Assembly: GCA_023515725.1 (NCBI GenBank)
Contig: JALDTO010000162.1
Span: forward strand, 348,476-412,475
Length of the DNA stretch: 64,000 nt
Source: Amoeboaphelidium protococcarum X5
Taxonomy: Eukaryota > Fungi > Aphelidiomycota
Direction: 5' to 3'
Shown here: piece after piece, positions 41,213-55,032 of the stretch
Position numbering within the stretch: position 1 is the first letter of the stretch
Layout of the letters: the number at the start of each line of letters is the position of its first letter
Translations under genes and position numbers: made by a program
The notes under the pieces: generated by a model
Seen by the model: only the letters and a program-made list of their open reading frames with translations
The model's database searches: none
Told to the model about the DNA's origin: nothing

Positions 41213-42178
41213 ATGACTGCAGGTGAAAGTCAAGTGCATCCAAATATTTTTCAGGATGGTAACGATCCGAGTGTGTACTGGTTTAGAGAGACTACCGCGT
41301 TATGGCCTGGACAGTAGATGTCTTTGAAATTGGCTGATGGCTGCAAAATTCTGCACCATGAAAAGTCTCTGTACCAGGATGTGTTAGCCTTTAAGTCCTC
41401 CGATTATGGCAATGTTCTAGTGCTGGATGGTGTCATTTAGTGTACTGAACGCGATGAGTTTTCGTATCAGGAGATGATTGCCCACCTCCCTCTGCATGCT
41501 CATCCTAAACTCGACAGTGAAGGTATCGACGTGTTGGTCATTGGTGGTGGTGATGGTGGTGTGTTGAGAGAAGTGGTCAAGCACCGTCAAGTCAGAACCG
41601 TCACGTTGTGTGAAATTGATGAAGCTGTGCCGCGTGTATCTAAGCTCTACTTGCCCGAGATGGCTAAAGGCTTTGATCACTCCAAGGTTAAAGTGCATAT
41701 CGGAGATGGATTTGAATTCTTGTAGAATTATAAGAACGCGTTCGATGTCATTATCACTGATAGTAGTGATCCATGTGGTCCTGCAGAGTGTCTCTTTGAA
41801 GATGGCTTCTTTGTGCTGTTGAAGGAGTCCCTACGCGAAGGTGGCATTCTGTGCTCGCAGGGAGAGTGTCAATGGTTGCACCTGGACATTATCAAGTCTG
41901 TTCTGGGCAAGTTGAGAAATCTCTTCCCTCAAGTAGAGTATGTTCAGACGTGTATTCCAACTTATCCATGCGGATAGATTGGATTCTTTATGGCCGCTAA
42001 ATTCCCTGCTGATGTGCATGATATCAAGAAGGTGGTTAATGGTAAGAGATGTGATGGCTAATCCACTCACTCAGCCATGACGCGTAAAGATTGCGACAAT
42101 CTCAAGTATTACAACTATGATATTCACCAAGCAGCTTTTGTACTGCCATCATTTACCAAAAATTACTTGAAAAATTGA
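41213..42178 (+). CDS. SPE3: Spermidine synthase
   Basis: [66 protein letters not shown]. Confidence 0.96.
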
Positions 42179-42225
42179 ATAATACTAAATATAGAAAGGA
42201 TTATTTTGATTACTTATTAAAACAT

Positions 42226-42756
42226 TCACTCCATCATTGAATCTGCAGTTCTTATGTCTAATAGTGTCTGTGATTTCTGCTTTAATTATCGTATTCTTTA
42301 GAGGCATTGCTCACGTTCCTTTATTATAGACTGCAGTTTCTGTGCAAATTAAACTTCAGTCTACGCTTACCGCAGCGAATTAAGCAAAAGTAAAATGTCA
42401 TGTAAGGTCTAATGCAATCGCTGAGTCAACTCTTACGCATTATGAACATCGACTGCAGCAGATTCCAAACTCTGATAGTAAAGCTACCGCTATTAATCAA
42501 ACAAATCATTCAAAGCGGACTTTACTTCAGAGTATCTTCGATAATTCAGATCTGCGTTATTCCTCTAATCTGGTTAAACATCAACATCATCAGAGAAAAC
42601 TTCAAAGGGCCTCAGAGTTTGTACATCTCCAGGTATAGGCGGAGTTTAGTACAACACCTACGTTTTACCATCGGAGGATTCCTACTATACCCGCAATAAT
42701 TTGTGCGGTGGATGTGGAAATTTAGACACTATAACTCGCGGAGTATTACCTGACAT
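42226..42756 (-). CDS. MED7: Mediator subunit MED7-like
   Basis: VSKFPHPP, PPIP, LLLNSLRQAQ and a coiled-coil C-terminus. Confidence 0.6.
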
Positions 42757-42951
42757 TATTTCCGCGGCTTGTTTACTATGGACGATAAAGTGCACGATTT
42801 TGCTTTAGAGACGGAAATTAAAGTGGAATTTTGTGGAATTGTTTCAATTCCTCAATGGGCTTCCAGCGAAGATACAATATAATTATCGAAACGATCATTT
42901 GTCATTAACCATCTCTAATAGGATATATCAGACTTTTTCTGAAAATAAAAT

Positions 42952-44565
42952 ATGAGTTTAAAGAGGGCGTTCTAGAGCGGAAGCGAGAAGGAGGCGATAA
43001 TGTGGGTGCGAATGTGCAGCGATGTCAATACCAAAGATGATCATGATTTCACTCCGCTCATGTATGCGGTCAAGTATTAGTTCAAAGAGGTGATACAACT
43101 GCTGCTTGAGAGATAAGCGGACGTTTCCGTTCAGAATATTGCCGGTGATACCGCTCTACGTAAGAATCTAAATCTACTTTTTATCTGAATTATATCAAAG
43201 TTCTCCTACAGTATATAAAGTTTGTGTGTAGATTTGGCCTGTCAGAACGCTGATATTGAGTTGGCCAAGATAATATTGGACGTCCCAGATCAGGTGGCGG
43301 TGTTGAATATAGCGAATGATCATGGTAATACTGCGCTTCATTACGCTTGCTTTAGAAATGACGTGAAATTAGTTGAGCTGCTTATCAAATAGTATGGTGC
43401 ACTGATTGGATCTGTAAATAAATATGGCAAGATCCCGCTAGACTTTGCCCGACCATCATTAAAAAGCCAGCTGAAGGATATTTTGATGCAATCGGTGGAG
43501 AATCCAATACAGACGGACCCAATAGTGCTCAAGTCACGATAGCATGAAGAGGTGGAACTATTTGCCAAAGCTAAACACATAGCCAAGACGAAGCGTTAGT
43601 TCTTTGACATTAATGCCAGCGCTGTGATCTGGGGCGAGTTGGTTTGGATGACCGATAGAACTGAGATGTGTCTCGCCAAAGTTAATGGAGTTCCCTGTAT
43701 TGTGAAAAGGATCAACGACTTGATTGTGGCTCAGAGATTCTTTAATCCCTCTAGCTTAAAAGATAACGTCCTGGTAAAGTCTAATGATTTCAATGGCGCC
43801 ATTGAATTGCTAAAGCTGCGAATCGATGTCCTCTAGAAGCTGAGTCATATATCTTTGAGAACTATTATCGGTGCTTGTCTTGATTAAACCCAATTAATTG
43901 CCGTTGCTTACGAGAATGTGTATACTCCCGTTTAGTAGAATCAAATCGATATGGAAGATCAGTTAACTGGCACCATCGAGACACTTGATGACTTGATCCA
44001 TAGTCCTGATGCTGAGTTGAGCAGCAATCAAGTACTTCGCTGGCTTCATGATATCAGTCAGGCAATGCAGTTCTTGCATGATAATGGAAGTCATCATTTG
44101 AGTTTGATGCCACGCAATATTGTTGTAGTGAATGGAGGTAACAATCTTTAGCTGATTGATTACGGATTGTATAACACTATCTTGGGACAGTACGGCGATG
44201 GAAATAGTGTAATCTTGGATCCATAGTATGTTGCGCCTGAGCTATTATAAAGTGGGCGGCTGTGTGAGAACTCATAATCAACTGCAGATTTTACTATAGC
44301 TGCACACAAGGCGGATATTTACAGTTTTGGTATGTTAATCTATGAACTTGTCACACGATAGTCACCATTTGAAGAGTGTTAGTGGTGCTCTATGCAATTG
44401 GGACTGTAAGTGGTTTTAAATTAAGCGAGGCCGTCAGTTCCCGATTACTTTCCTCCACATTTGAAGAAATTGATGGAGTTGTGCTAGTAGACTTTGCCTC
44501 AGTAACGCCCTAATTTTGCTGATGTTTCTAAAGTGCTTCAAAAGATTATTGATCTTGAAAAATGA
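42952..44565 (+). CDS. ILK: Integrin-linked kinase homolog (ankyrin repeats plus pseudokinase); intron 43160-43231
   Basis: DDHDFTPL, GDTALHLA, NDHGNTALHYACF, GALIGSVNKYGKIPLD; no HRD (HLSLMPRN); YVAPE, ADIFSFG..ELVTRQSPF, HLKKLMELC..RPNF. Confidence 0.82.
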
Positions 44566-44691
44566 TTGTAATTCAGTAAATACACTTGGTAGTAAATGTC
44601 AATTTAACTTTCGAAATATGACATTCAAAAGTCACGCTATCGTCAATCTCTTCTGACTGACTCTCTTCAACAAAGAATCGATTGTAAATTT

Positions 44692-44988
44692 ATGACAAGT
44701 CGAAATAACAACAATACTATACATTCGCATTCCCCCGTGGATCCGAATCCGCCTATAATAACTCAGAATGGCCAACAAGTGCCTGTTACTTTAACTAAAG
44801 AGTCTGTGCAGAAAATACTGATGGCCAATTCTAAATTGATACAACTATGTGTGCAATTATAGAATGATCCGTCCCCTCAGAATTAACAAGATCTCGTAAT
44901 TGTACAAGCCAAGCTGTAATAGAATCTCAAGTTTTTGGCGTCTCTGGTTGATTTAAATAGTGTAAATAACAATTAAAGGGAGCCATGA
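44692..44988 (+). CDS. Small SSXT/SS18 N-terminal domain protein
   Basis: TKESVQKILMANSKLIQLCVQLQN...QAKLQQNLKFLASLVD. Confidence 0.75.
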
Positions 44989-45231
44989 TCTTTTCAATAA
45001 CAACTATATTGTAGAGCCTCATATTGTAGTTTCTTCTGGCTGATGTCATTTTGATGATATCGGCGTTTCTTGTTTCTCTCTCTTACTCTCACTCTCGTCA
45101 ATGAGCGCGTCGTAACGTTCTGACTTTTCATCGTCGTTTATTCCTTTTTGCAATTCATCTCATTCTGTTCCGTCTGTAACATTCATATTGATTCTCTTGT
45201 AGTAGTATTGTATCGTGTTCATGCTGAAAAT

Positions 45232-45972
45232 ATGAAAGCATCAATCTTATTTCTACTATCGCTGTTTTGCCTCCTCTCTGCTGCCTATGGACCTGTTATA
45301 GTGTATCTAAAGTCCCCTGTGGATTTGGATTTGGGTGTTCGGTACTATTAAACTCTAGATTCTTCATTGATTTCCGGTGCTGTCCAGGAGTAGTTCTGTA
45401 CCTAATAAAAAGATAGCTCTATTCCTTATAAACTATCTGTACTTGTGCTAGATGATGGATTTGATGCCGTCAATCTTATTAATGGTCACTTTGATCAGCA
45501 GTCGGCCGTTAAAAGATTAGTATCTGATTACGATTAGTCCAAGTCCAGCCTTGCTATTGGTTAGATTGATACATTTGTATCACCTCAGAGCTTGGTGTAG
45601 GATTTAATTCAAGAACTGTAATAGAGTTGTCCATTGATTAGTAGCAGTTAGATTATCAACATTGAGGAGTCTTCTTCGATTTAAGAGATTCTGGATGACA
45701 ACAACAGTCACCATCTAATTATCATGGCCCCAAAGATTCTCTCTGGAAATAGCTAAAGAAATTTGTACTTGTAAAAGAGATAGATTAATGAGCCGTCGAC
45801 TAACTCTACACAGAAATTTTTTAGTTAGAATTAGCTCTTTAGTCCTGCGATTCTGATGGGAATAACATCTGCTGTATGGGCGATAGGCATTACGGTGTTG
45901 GGCGTTAGTTGGTTGTTGTCTATCCAGACTCCTACGAGATTTGACATTCCGACAAAGTAGAAAAAGTAGTGA
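45232..45972 (+). CDS. V-ATPase accessory Ac45/Voa1-like type I membrane protein
   Basis: Signal peptide MKASILFLLSLFCLLSAAYG, C-terminal TM followed by SIQTPTRFD and a lysine-rich tail. Confidence 0.6.
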
Positions 45973-46055
45973 CTTAATTGCGCCCCTTTTAGTAGGACAT
46001 CTGAATAATATATACAGTGTATTAAACTCATGATATTGCACAATTTTTACTTCAA

Positions 46056-47605
46056 TCAATCGCTCAGCAAATTTTTAATACTTGGGAGTGTGACCTTGGG
46101 GTGGCCTTGACTAACATCAGTTTACTCTCGCGAGCCATCAGCTTAGATTGGATTCAGTAACATTGACCGCAAAGTCTTATCAGACTCTTACTCATCGGCA
46201 ACGGTAGTGCCAGATAAAGAATGCACTGCAGATGGTAAAGAGGAGTTGGGCTAAGATTAATTCAGTGGAGGTAATAGAACAGGACGAGGATGTGTGACTT
46301 CATTTATCTTTCGCAGAGAGTCAGAGCCTTGGCTGGCCATAAATCCGCTGATGCTCTGATCATTGGTACCTTATCTGATCTACTGCTGTCGCATTAGAGG
46401 ACTTACAGAGAGATCAGACCTAGGAGATGCTGCAGAGAAATGCATTAGAAGATGTGCAGATTCGTTAGCCAAGCCTTTCTTCATCTCACCAAGCTATCTC
46501 GGTCCGTCAGACACCTATTCGTGTACACTGTTAATCGGACGATATGGTGACTAAGGAGAGCGAGAGGACGGATTATAAGCAGGGTGAGCTTATGGTCGAA
46601 CCTGAGCATTAGACTGAGGATGTGCAGTTTGGAGGACTGGGGGATATGTTTGCCGCAAGCGCTGGTATTATTATTATTATTATTATACAGGATATGGTTA
46701 AAACTTGACATCTTGCTGCATTCTTTGAGGACCTCGTGGCAGCTGATGCATGTTAGTAGTAGACGACATAGTGTTGTTAGGATACCTATTAACACTTATC
46801 TACTGCTATGGACTTGGCGTTAATCTAACCGCTTAGCCAAACTAATTGCTGTTGGGTCTCGTCACCTGCGTGACATATACAGCGGACGTTCTGCGAGGCT
46901 ATTGTCTCTAATAACCAGCATACTAATTTTAGAAATCTTGGACAGCTTGTAGGTTTTTCAACCGTTTAGAATTGCCAGCACTATCAACCTACGCTTCACC
47001 TCTTCCCTCTGCAATCAGAATCTGGTTCCACGCGTCAGTTATCACACCGCTCGTGATCAGATCTTCGTTACCATCCACGATCTCTATCACTTTAGCCCAT
47101 AGCTTGACACGCTCTTGCTTCAGCTTGGTGACCTTTTTAATTATACGGCAATATCTTTCACGATTTGGAAGGATAGAAAATTCTTTAAGCTCGTTCAGCA
47201 CTTGGCCACAATTATATAGGCGATAAGCTACACAAATGATAAGTCAACAGATCGACGATATTAAATGAGATAATGATAATATAGAAACAAAGTTACCTTA
47301 AGCGCGAGATATGTCCCAGTGAGTCTTGAAGTAGTCTTCGATACTCATATCCTTCTCACGGTACAGCTTCTTGTCAATGATATCGTGAATGGCTTGGACT
47401 GTTTCTTGAAAACACTACTACTTGCTACCGCCGCTTATTATAACATCGCCCGTTGCTTTATCGCTCTACACACACTTCACAAGATCAATCAATCAAATCA
47501 ATGTGTGTGAGATGAAACAATGGGGGAAACCGCACAACTTACCATTGTTTCAGAGTTGCAATCGCTTGGACTTATTAAGTTGTCGGATTAACCAGAGTGA
47601 CTCAT
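46056..47605 (-). CDS. Putative transcription factor, two introns
   Basis: FQETVQAIHDIIDKKLYR..SIEDYFKTHWDISRAQ/AYR..LPNRERYCR..LWAKV, Gln/Ser/Pro-rich tail, terminal VTLPSIKNLL. Confidence 0.7.
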
Positions 47606-48207
47606 ATTATTAAATTAAAGTTGGCAGTTATTATTACAAAATATGATACATATAATAATTTGAACGCTGATTTAAAGTTGAATAAAATAATGGTGGTACT
47701 GGAGAGAGTTGGTGGACAATGTGAGTAATCTTGCCCAAGACTTCAATCAAGTACAAGAGCGATTGTAACTATGGCTGGCCAGTGAGCACGCCGTTAGGCT
47801 TGTGCTAAATCACGAATCAATTTATAATTGGCAAAACACAAACATTCGTGATAAGCTGTGGACAGCTTGTGATATATACGTGTAATTAGAAGTATCACAT
47901 GTGTTCTAGTCTAGTGGCCATGATAAAGTGATAATGAATTTATGATAAATGCAAATTCACCCGCTCACTAACATTTACCGATATCTTACCATACACCCAA
48001 ATTATACATCAAGCGTTTGTTTGTGGAGACACTCCAGCACGTGCCAGACACGCCTTAGTTACCGTTCACTTTAACTCTGCTTGTTTAGTTCTTTAGAAAA
48101 GTGCTTGATTAACGCCCATTTATTACGCGTTTCGAGCTCTAATAATAGTCGTCTTTTTCTATTCGCTCTCACCAGTCAAAATCACCCCCATATTTTGTAT
48201 TGAAGAC

Positions 48208-49446
48208 ATGTTGGCGTCCGCCAGAGTTGTTATTTTTGGCGGCAATGGCTATATTGGTAGGCTTAAATTCATCTACTGCAGACGCATTAAATTTACGTGC
48301 TGTAGGCTAACATTTGATTCGATAATTGTTGAACTCTAGTAGTATTAGGTACAAGATTGCAATTGCGTCACGTTCAGAAATCAAGAGCACTGGTCAAGAT
48401 GGAAATTCATCCCCCATTGAGCACATTAAATGCGATATCACGTAATATGATCAAGTCTAAGATGCATTAAAAGAATGCGATGTCGCTGTCAATTTAGTCG
48501 GTATCATGGAATAGACTGGCGACAGTAATAGCTTTAGTGCTGTCTAACGCGATGGACCATTGAATGTTACGAAAGCACTTGTTATTCGTAATGCATAGAG
48601 AGTTGGCAAGTTTGTTCATGTGAGTGCCATTGGCGCAGATTTGAATGGTCCCACGCCATATACAGTGACAAAAGCTCTCGGTGAATCGGCTATTATTGAC
48701 GCTTGTCGTGAAAGTTAGAATTTGTGTTCGATCATTGTGCGACCCGGATTGGTCATTGGACCTAATGATAGCTTTCTGAACAGATTTGCCAAACTGACTG
48801 CCCTATTTCCTGTATTTCCAATCTTTGGCAGCGGGAAATCTTTATACTGTAATTATTTGCCTTTTTTAATATTAATAATCATTTTAATACGAGGTCGTGG
48901 TGAATTCAAGCGTGTAGAGCCCATATACGTGGAAGATTTGTGTAAAGTGATCAAGAATTCAATTGAGCACCAAACAGCTCCCGGTGATTATGCCCTGGTT
49001 GAAGTAGGTGGCTCTCAAGGTATTTAAATTTCGCGTTATTGTATACGATATTTATTACTCTAATTCATAGCATGGGTGTAGTGTACACTTTCAAAGATTT
49101 AATAAGTAGAACTACTCGTTGGTGGGGAATGAAATCTGGGTCCCTGCTGAGATCTCTGATGCCTCCATTCTTTCTTCATGTGCCTGTTGCTGTAGCACTG
49201 ATCCAAGCACGTATCTTTGAGCTTATCACTCCGTACAATAGTTCACTTCGCATCACTACAGATTAGGTCAAAATGCTGTAGTTGGACAATAAGGTTCATG
49301 GAAGCACATAGAGTGAAGCCGTTAAAGTTGCTGTGATTGAGCATTCTGAGGGTGTCGATTCCTCGACTGTTAAGGAATCTATATCGAAAGATGTTGCATT
49401 TAAATCTGTAGACGATTTATACTCTGCTGGTAAATGGAAAGTTTGA
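48208..49446 (+). CDS. NDUFA9-like NAD(P)-binding SDR protein, with introns
   Basis: VVIFGGNGYIG, VNLVGI, FVHVSAIGAD, YTVTKALGE, IVRPGLVIGPNDSFLNRF, PIYVEDL, ITTDQV. Confidence 0.85.
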
Positions 49447-49591
49447 TTTTAAAGACTTTATCTATTTCATTCATCGGTCCAGTTTACTCTTTATTGCTCT
49501 TGACTTAAAATGTATGGGGAGTTTCATGTTCAGACTTTGGATTCTCTTGGTGTCCCTTTTACTCATCTATCACCAAAACAAGATTAAAGGC

Positions 49592-52500
49592 TCAAGGATG
49601 CAAGATCTTTTTCATACCATTGCAAACTTATTCAGTATTCGGCCTGGAATTAGGATCTTGGCTCCAACAAGATTAAACCAAGTTTAGATATTCCACTATC
49701 GCTTGACTCTCAGGCTAAATAGGATTCGGCGGACGTAACCCAGAGAGAACGTTTTCAATAACAGCATCAGCAGGTAATCCGTACCATGGCTCTTACCTGG
49801 TTATCAGCTCATTAAACAAAATGCCGGCCGCATAAATATCTTACGCGTAAATCAAGTGAGGATTATTGCGAAAAAACTCTTTGTAATCCTGAAGCAGCTC
49901 AGGTGCACTGTACCTTAAAGTACGCCCAGTCACAGAATTCCATTGCATACCTTGCACGATCTAAGTCTAATCGACAACCTTGCAAACACCAAAGTCAGTG
50001 AGGCACACGCGCATTACATCGCTATTAGATCCCAGCGACGAATTTTAATTTTCAATATAAACTAGAAAATTGGCAGCCTTAATATCACAATGAGCGACGC
50101 CATTGACGTGAACAAGATTGATAGCGGAGGCAACGTCCAAAGCAAACGAGAAGACTTAATCCACAGTTAAACTCTTCAACTAATCATGTATCCAGCCCTA
50201 CAGGGATCCCATTTCATAGTACTTCATGATAATAACTTTGGCTTCATTGTCATAGCCGAATATTTTAGCAATGAACTCGCTGTGATTAAACTACCACAAT
50301 AGAGCCACCTCTTACAGAAAAGTATCTTGGAGTACATCAGCTCCGAATCGCTTTGCAACACCGCGTCTAATATCGGAGAAGGAGAGAGGATGCCCAGATG
50401 GGAACTGTAAAACGTCAACAACACTAATAGCTCCCTGACCACCAGCTTGCAGAACTTTGTTATCAACGCGCCTAAAGTTGGCTCCCTCACGCATTTATAT
50501 ATATGCCGGGACGGATATTGCCTAGAAAGTATTCACAACAGTGGTGGCATTCATAGTGTTGATAGAAGATTGATTGATATTATAAACAGAAGACTAACCC
50601 ATTAAATCTGTAGTCTACGACATCTTCATCGCAAACATTAGCTTTTTTGACTTTTAACGTCTTCTTCGTACAATGCAAAACGCCATTATTAGGGCAATAA
50701 CGATCAACGACGCCAAGACGCCAAAAATAATAGGAAGAAGATCCTGCATCACATCTCTTGCTAATCTCGTATCAAAAGCAGGGTCAATCATTGACGAAGA
50801 TGAAATCTACCAGCTGATCCCACCTTAGCTTCTCATATTCTAAGAGAAGAATATCGACCCTTATTGCATTTAGGCTCGAGTACTAGACGGAACTACAGAC
50901 GCCAAATAGGATGAACATACTCCACCTGAAGAGCATTCAGTATTCGATGGTAGTACAGTTACATTAGAAGCTAAACTTGATGCAGATAGCACTTCCGATT
51001 ATAAAGGCCCGAACGAAGCAGTGTTAGAAAACGAGGCAGACTGCAATGTTTAAACTCCTAAACTACCAGCTTGTGCAGTGAACGCAGATGATTCGACTTC
51101 AGTTATTTTAGAACTTGTCAGCAAACTTCCAGTAGTAGTCTCAATACCAGTAGAACTAAATGGCATCGTGGTAGTCGTCGTAGGAGTTGTGGAAGTAGTC
51201 GTCGTGGTAGTCGTCGACACCTAAATTGAAGCAGGGCAATAGCCCGATCTTGTCCCAGTACTCACTTTAGCCACCAACGCTTATAAAGGTCCATACCGAG
51301 TCACATTGTGACATACACTGCCATCAGTATCTACCAAAACCAAATTCTACGACGTAAATCGACCCGTAACAAACATGTCATTCTTGCTATTGAATTAAAT
51401 AGATGAAAGCCTGTCATCTCCAGCACCTTAAACTCGCTGCTAGTTCACGTATGTACCATTAGAGTAAAAGGTGAGAATCACAGAGTCATAACCTCCAGAT
51501 GATTGAACAGTAGTGAGTATCTATCCAGCGATTCCATAAACAGGCACATTGGTGCCATTAGTCCACGCAGTCACTGAAAGCATATAATTACCTTAACTGA
51601 CGTCGTGAAACGAAAATCTTGTGAACCCCGCAGCTTCAGTCTGTCCGTACATTTAGACGGTCCACTAATGAGCTCCAGCGGAATTGAACTTGGAAGCAAA
51701 CGAGGAGTCTCCCATTCCATACTGTAGCACTTTCGCGACATTGCCATCCGCTTAACGAATGACACTTTGCGCAGTGATGAATCCAGTTAACCATAAGTTA
51801 TCTTCGCCATCAAAAGATACCACTAAATCATCGCAAACACCACCAGCATTAGCTTCCACAGTGATAGGCCACACATAAGATCCCGAATTAGAGTATACAA
51901 TAACAAAACACGCTTGATTGATAGGCGGAATAAAAGAGTTCACTTTAGCACGTGCGGCATCATAGACCGTCAAATTGGATGAAGCAGACAATCGACCAGA
52001 TATGGCAACGCGACTAGAGCTCTTACTCCATGCAACAGAAAACGGACTGGATACGCCCATCTGCTATGCAAACCATAGTAAAGAGCCATTAGAGTCAAAC
52101 TTTGCCACGAAAGAGCTCAATGTCTCCGTAAAGTTCATCAGATTGTACGTGACATTAAATGCATCAACGATACTAGTGCCATTGGACTCTGTAGATCCGG
52201 CAACCCAAATCTGGCCGTTGGGTGACATGTCCACACTCCAAAAACTGTCATACAGTAGACCATTTAATCTGGCAAACCACGTTATACTTCCTTAGCTATC
52301 AAGAAGCAAAAGAAAACCGTCGGCCTTTAGAGCTTATCCCGAATTGGCTAACTCTAATACCATATCATTTTTCATGTTATAAGCTCTTAAAGGGCGTGAC
52401 ATCGTCAATCCAACAACGGCGAAGTGGCCTTATCCGTCAGTGGCAGCTTGGTTTATATCATCATAAGACCCACCGGCAAATCTTATGTACCAGTTGAGAG

Positions 52501-52762
52501 TGCCATTTTGATAAAAATTCGCAGCATAACCATCAAAAGAGGCATCTTTGGTGTAAGAGTATGCGGGGATCACGTCACTGCTAGCGTCAAAGATAGACAT
52601 ATTTACAGATCTAGCCACGCCAACAGCAAGTACAGTGCCACTTTAGTCATCCACCGTCAATTACTTTGCATTTTCATAATCGTCACCGCCAATCTGTGCC
52701 ACCCATTCAACGTAGTTACCCAACACTACACGCGAGAGAGCCAAATACCAAAACAATAACAT
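49592..52762 (-). CDS. Receptor-like protein kinase, ~1056 aa (signal peptide, beta-propeller-like ectodomain, S/T stalk, TM, TKL-type kinase)
   Basis: W..IGG..D / F..Y.NG..W repeats, poly-Thr stalk, TM LLPIIFGVLASLIVIALIMAF, then AGGQGAI, VAK, FLQEV, HCDIKAAN, LTDFG, YSAPE, CWSQDPNSRP. Confidence 0.9.
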
Positions 52763-53154
52763 TACCACTTGAGTTCAATTACCTTCTTATATTAAACTAT
52801 CGATCAATCTGTTAGGAGAAAAGAAAGAGCAAATTCAAGCAAGTAGTCTATATTTAAAGGCGCAATAATATCTATCTCAATGCTGAAAAAAGTCGTTATG
52901 ATTAAAAGTCTCGGCGACGACGTGCTATTTTTAGAGTGTATGCAGCGAAAACCTTGAGATGACGTAGAATCTAGTATATACACAGTCAAATTAGGCGCGT
53001 TTATATATAAAAAGGTTAAATATTTATAAAGAGGATAAGAGTAGTCGCTAGGCCAATTGCCGGGCATCGTTAATTTCAATGGCAATCAGTGTCTCCTCTC
53101 ATTTGTTTCGAGTGTTTCACAGTTCTCAACAGCAGCGGAAAACACCGAAACAAA

Positions 53155-55032
53155 ATGAATCGATATGACGGAAACGGCTATTATTATGATCACGATGATG
53201 ATTATGATGCTGAAGAGGAGACAAGGATGGTGCCATACTCTCAAGAGTGGAGGGTAATTCTGAGGCGGTAGGATTCTTAGTAAGCGGTGCTGATAAATTA
53301 AGAGAGCCATGAGATTTCCGTTGTCCGCTAAACACAAACTGCAAACAATTAACTGCTACCAGCTGTCGATAGTCATTCGTAATTCTGCTCGCTATGTGGA
53401 CAGAGCTTGCCTTAAAGTAGTGGAAATCACTAGGTGCAAGATTTTGTGGATAGGAACTATTTTCAGCTTCTATCCGCTGCGTATTAGTAATAATCTAACA
53501 TTCCACCATTGCACTTGTTCCCAGATAATAGGCGCAGTTCCCGTTAGAATGCAGATGGCTAGAATCAGCATGTTCCATACTCTGCACTTAATTAAGGTTA
53601 TTACAGTCGATTCTTCAAGGAGATTGAGCGACTTGGGCGAGGCTCTGGCGGATCAGTATATTTGTGCCAGCATATTTTGGATAATGTCCTACTTGGCAAT
53701 TATGTTGTGAAGAAGATTGCTGTAGGTGATAACCACAAATGGCTAGAGAGAATGTTGCGAGAGGTTCTTATACTGGAAAGAGCAAAACACCCGAATGTGA
53801 TTGAGTATAAGCACTGCTGGCTGGAGGAGCATAAAATGTCTTCGTTTGGACCATCAGTTCCGTGCTTGTTCGTCTTGATGGAGCTCGCTAATGGTGGAAA
53901 TTTGGAGAGTTACCTATTGTCCCACATTAGGGAAGGTAGTGATTTGGTTCATGGTTCTTAGAGGCCTCGGCGATCTTCCTAAAAGCTGCCGACTTATATG
54001 CGTTATGAACACATTTGGTCCTTCTTTCTAGACATTTGTTCAGGCCTTGCTCATTTGCATAGCTAAGGCGTTCTCCATAGAGATTTAAAGCCGCAGAATC
54101 TATTGTTAAAGTTTAATAACACTTAAAGTAGAAACGAGCTGCCGCGTGTGTTAATATCAGATTTTGGAGAGTGTGAGAGTTTATTTTAATCCTTTTGTCC
54201 AGCGTCGTATTAGCAGTCAGATCATATCTAGCGTACAGGATAGACTGGTACTATTGAATTTAGTGCGCCAGAGCTCCTTAAAACGGACGATCAAGGTCGC
54301 TTCTACGTTGAATATTCTCCCGCGTGTGATATATGGTCTCTTGGAATGGTATTGTGTTTCATGGTCTATGGACGGCTCCCGTATAACAACATTGACGATT
54401 TCGATCAGCTAAAGCGGGAGATGTTGGATGTTAGAGGCACTGGCAAGGTATTAAAATTGCCACAAAATCGCTCTGATGTTCCTCTTGAACTTATTGAGTT
54501 GATGCGAAAGTTGCTATCTATTAATCCAGGTGGGCGACCTACTGCATTTGATTTAGTCATCGGGTATTCGCAGTTCAGAAGCTATGTATATAAGACTGGT
54601 AATCGGAGGCGGCTAGAGAGTGGAGCAGAGAATGACGCATCATTTAAATAAGATTCTATCTCAGAATCGGAGATTGTAGTTCCTCAACTAAAAAAGGCGC
54701 CAGTGTAACGGGCTGTAAAGTCTCGGTCAGTATCGCGTCGAGGCTTTGTGCGTGCTTTATCGAGTCTCTCAATGATCTCCTTGCTTGCTTATACTTTATA
54801 GATTTGTCACCTAGGCTCTTCATGGTGCTGGATTTTGGTTCTCGTACTGTTTGTATAAACACTTATTAATTCTCCGAAATTGGTGATATTACTGAATATC
54901 ATAATTATCTGCACACTGTAAACTCTTACATACGCGGGAGTTTGCAAGAAAACCGAGCATTAGATATATTTTGTCGCTTTTATTGGAGTTTTATCGTCTG
55001 CTATCTACTGCGTACATTATAAATTTATTTGA
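53155..55032 (+). CDS. IKS1: IKS1-family Ser/Thr kinase with C-terminal hydrophobic segments
   Basis: CSLCG, DRNYFQLL, NQGYYSRFFKE..LGRG, CQHILD..LG.Y..KKIAVGDN..WL, FGPSVPCLF, HRDLKPQN, ISDFGE, TGTIEFSAPE. Confidence 0.88.

Noticed and set aside
47690-47945. Protein-like plus-strand frame (WWYWRELVDNVSNL...)
   Set aside because: No clear start or recognisable homology; possibly a gene fragment.
49510-50001. 163-aa plus-strand ORF
   Set aside because: Antisense shadow of the receptor kinase domain on the minus strand.
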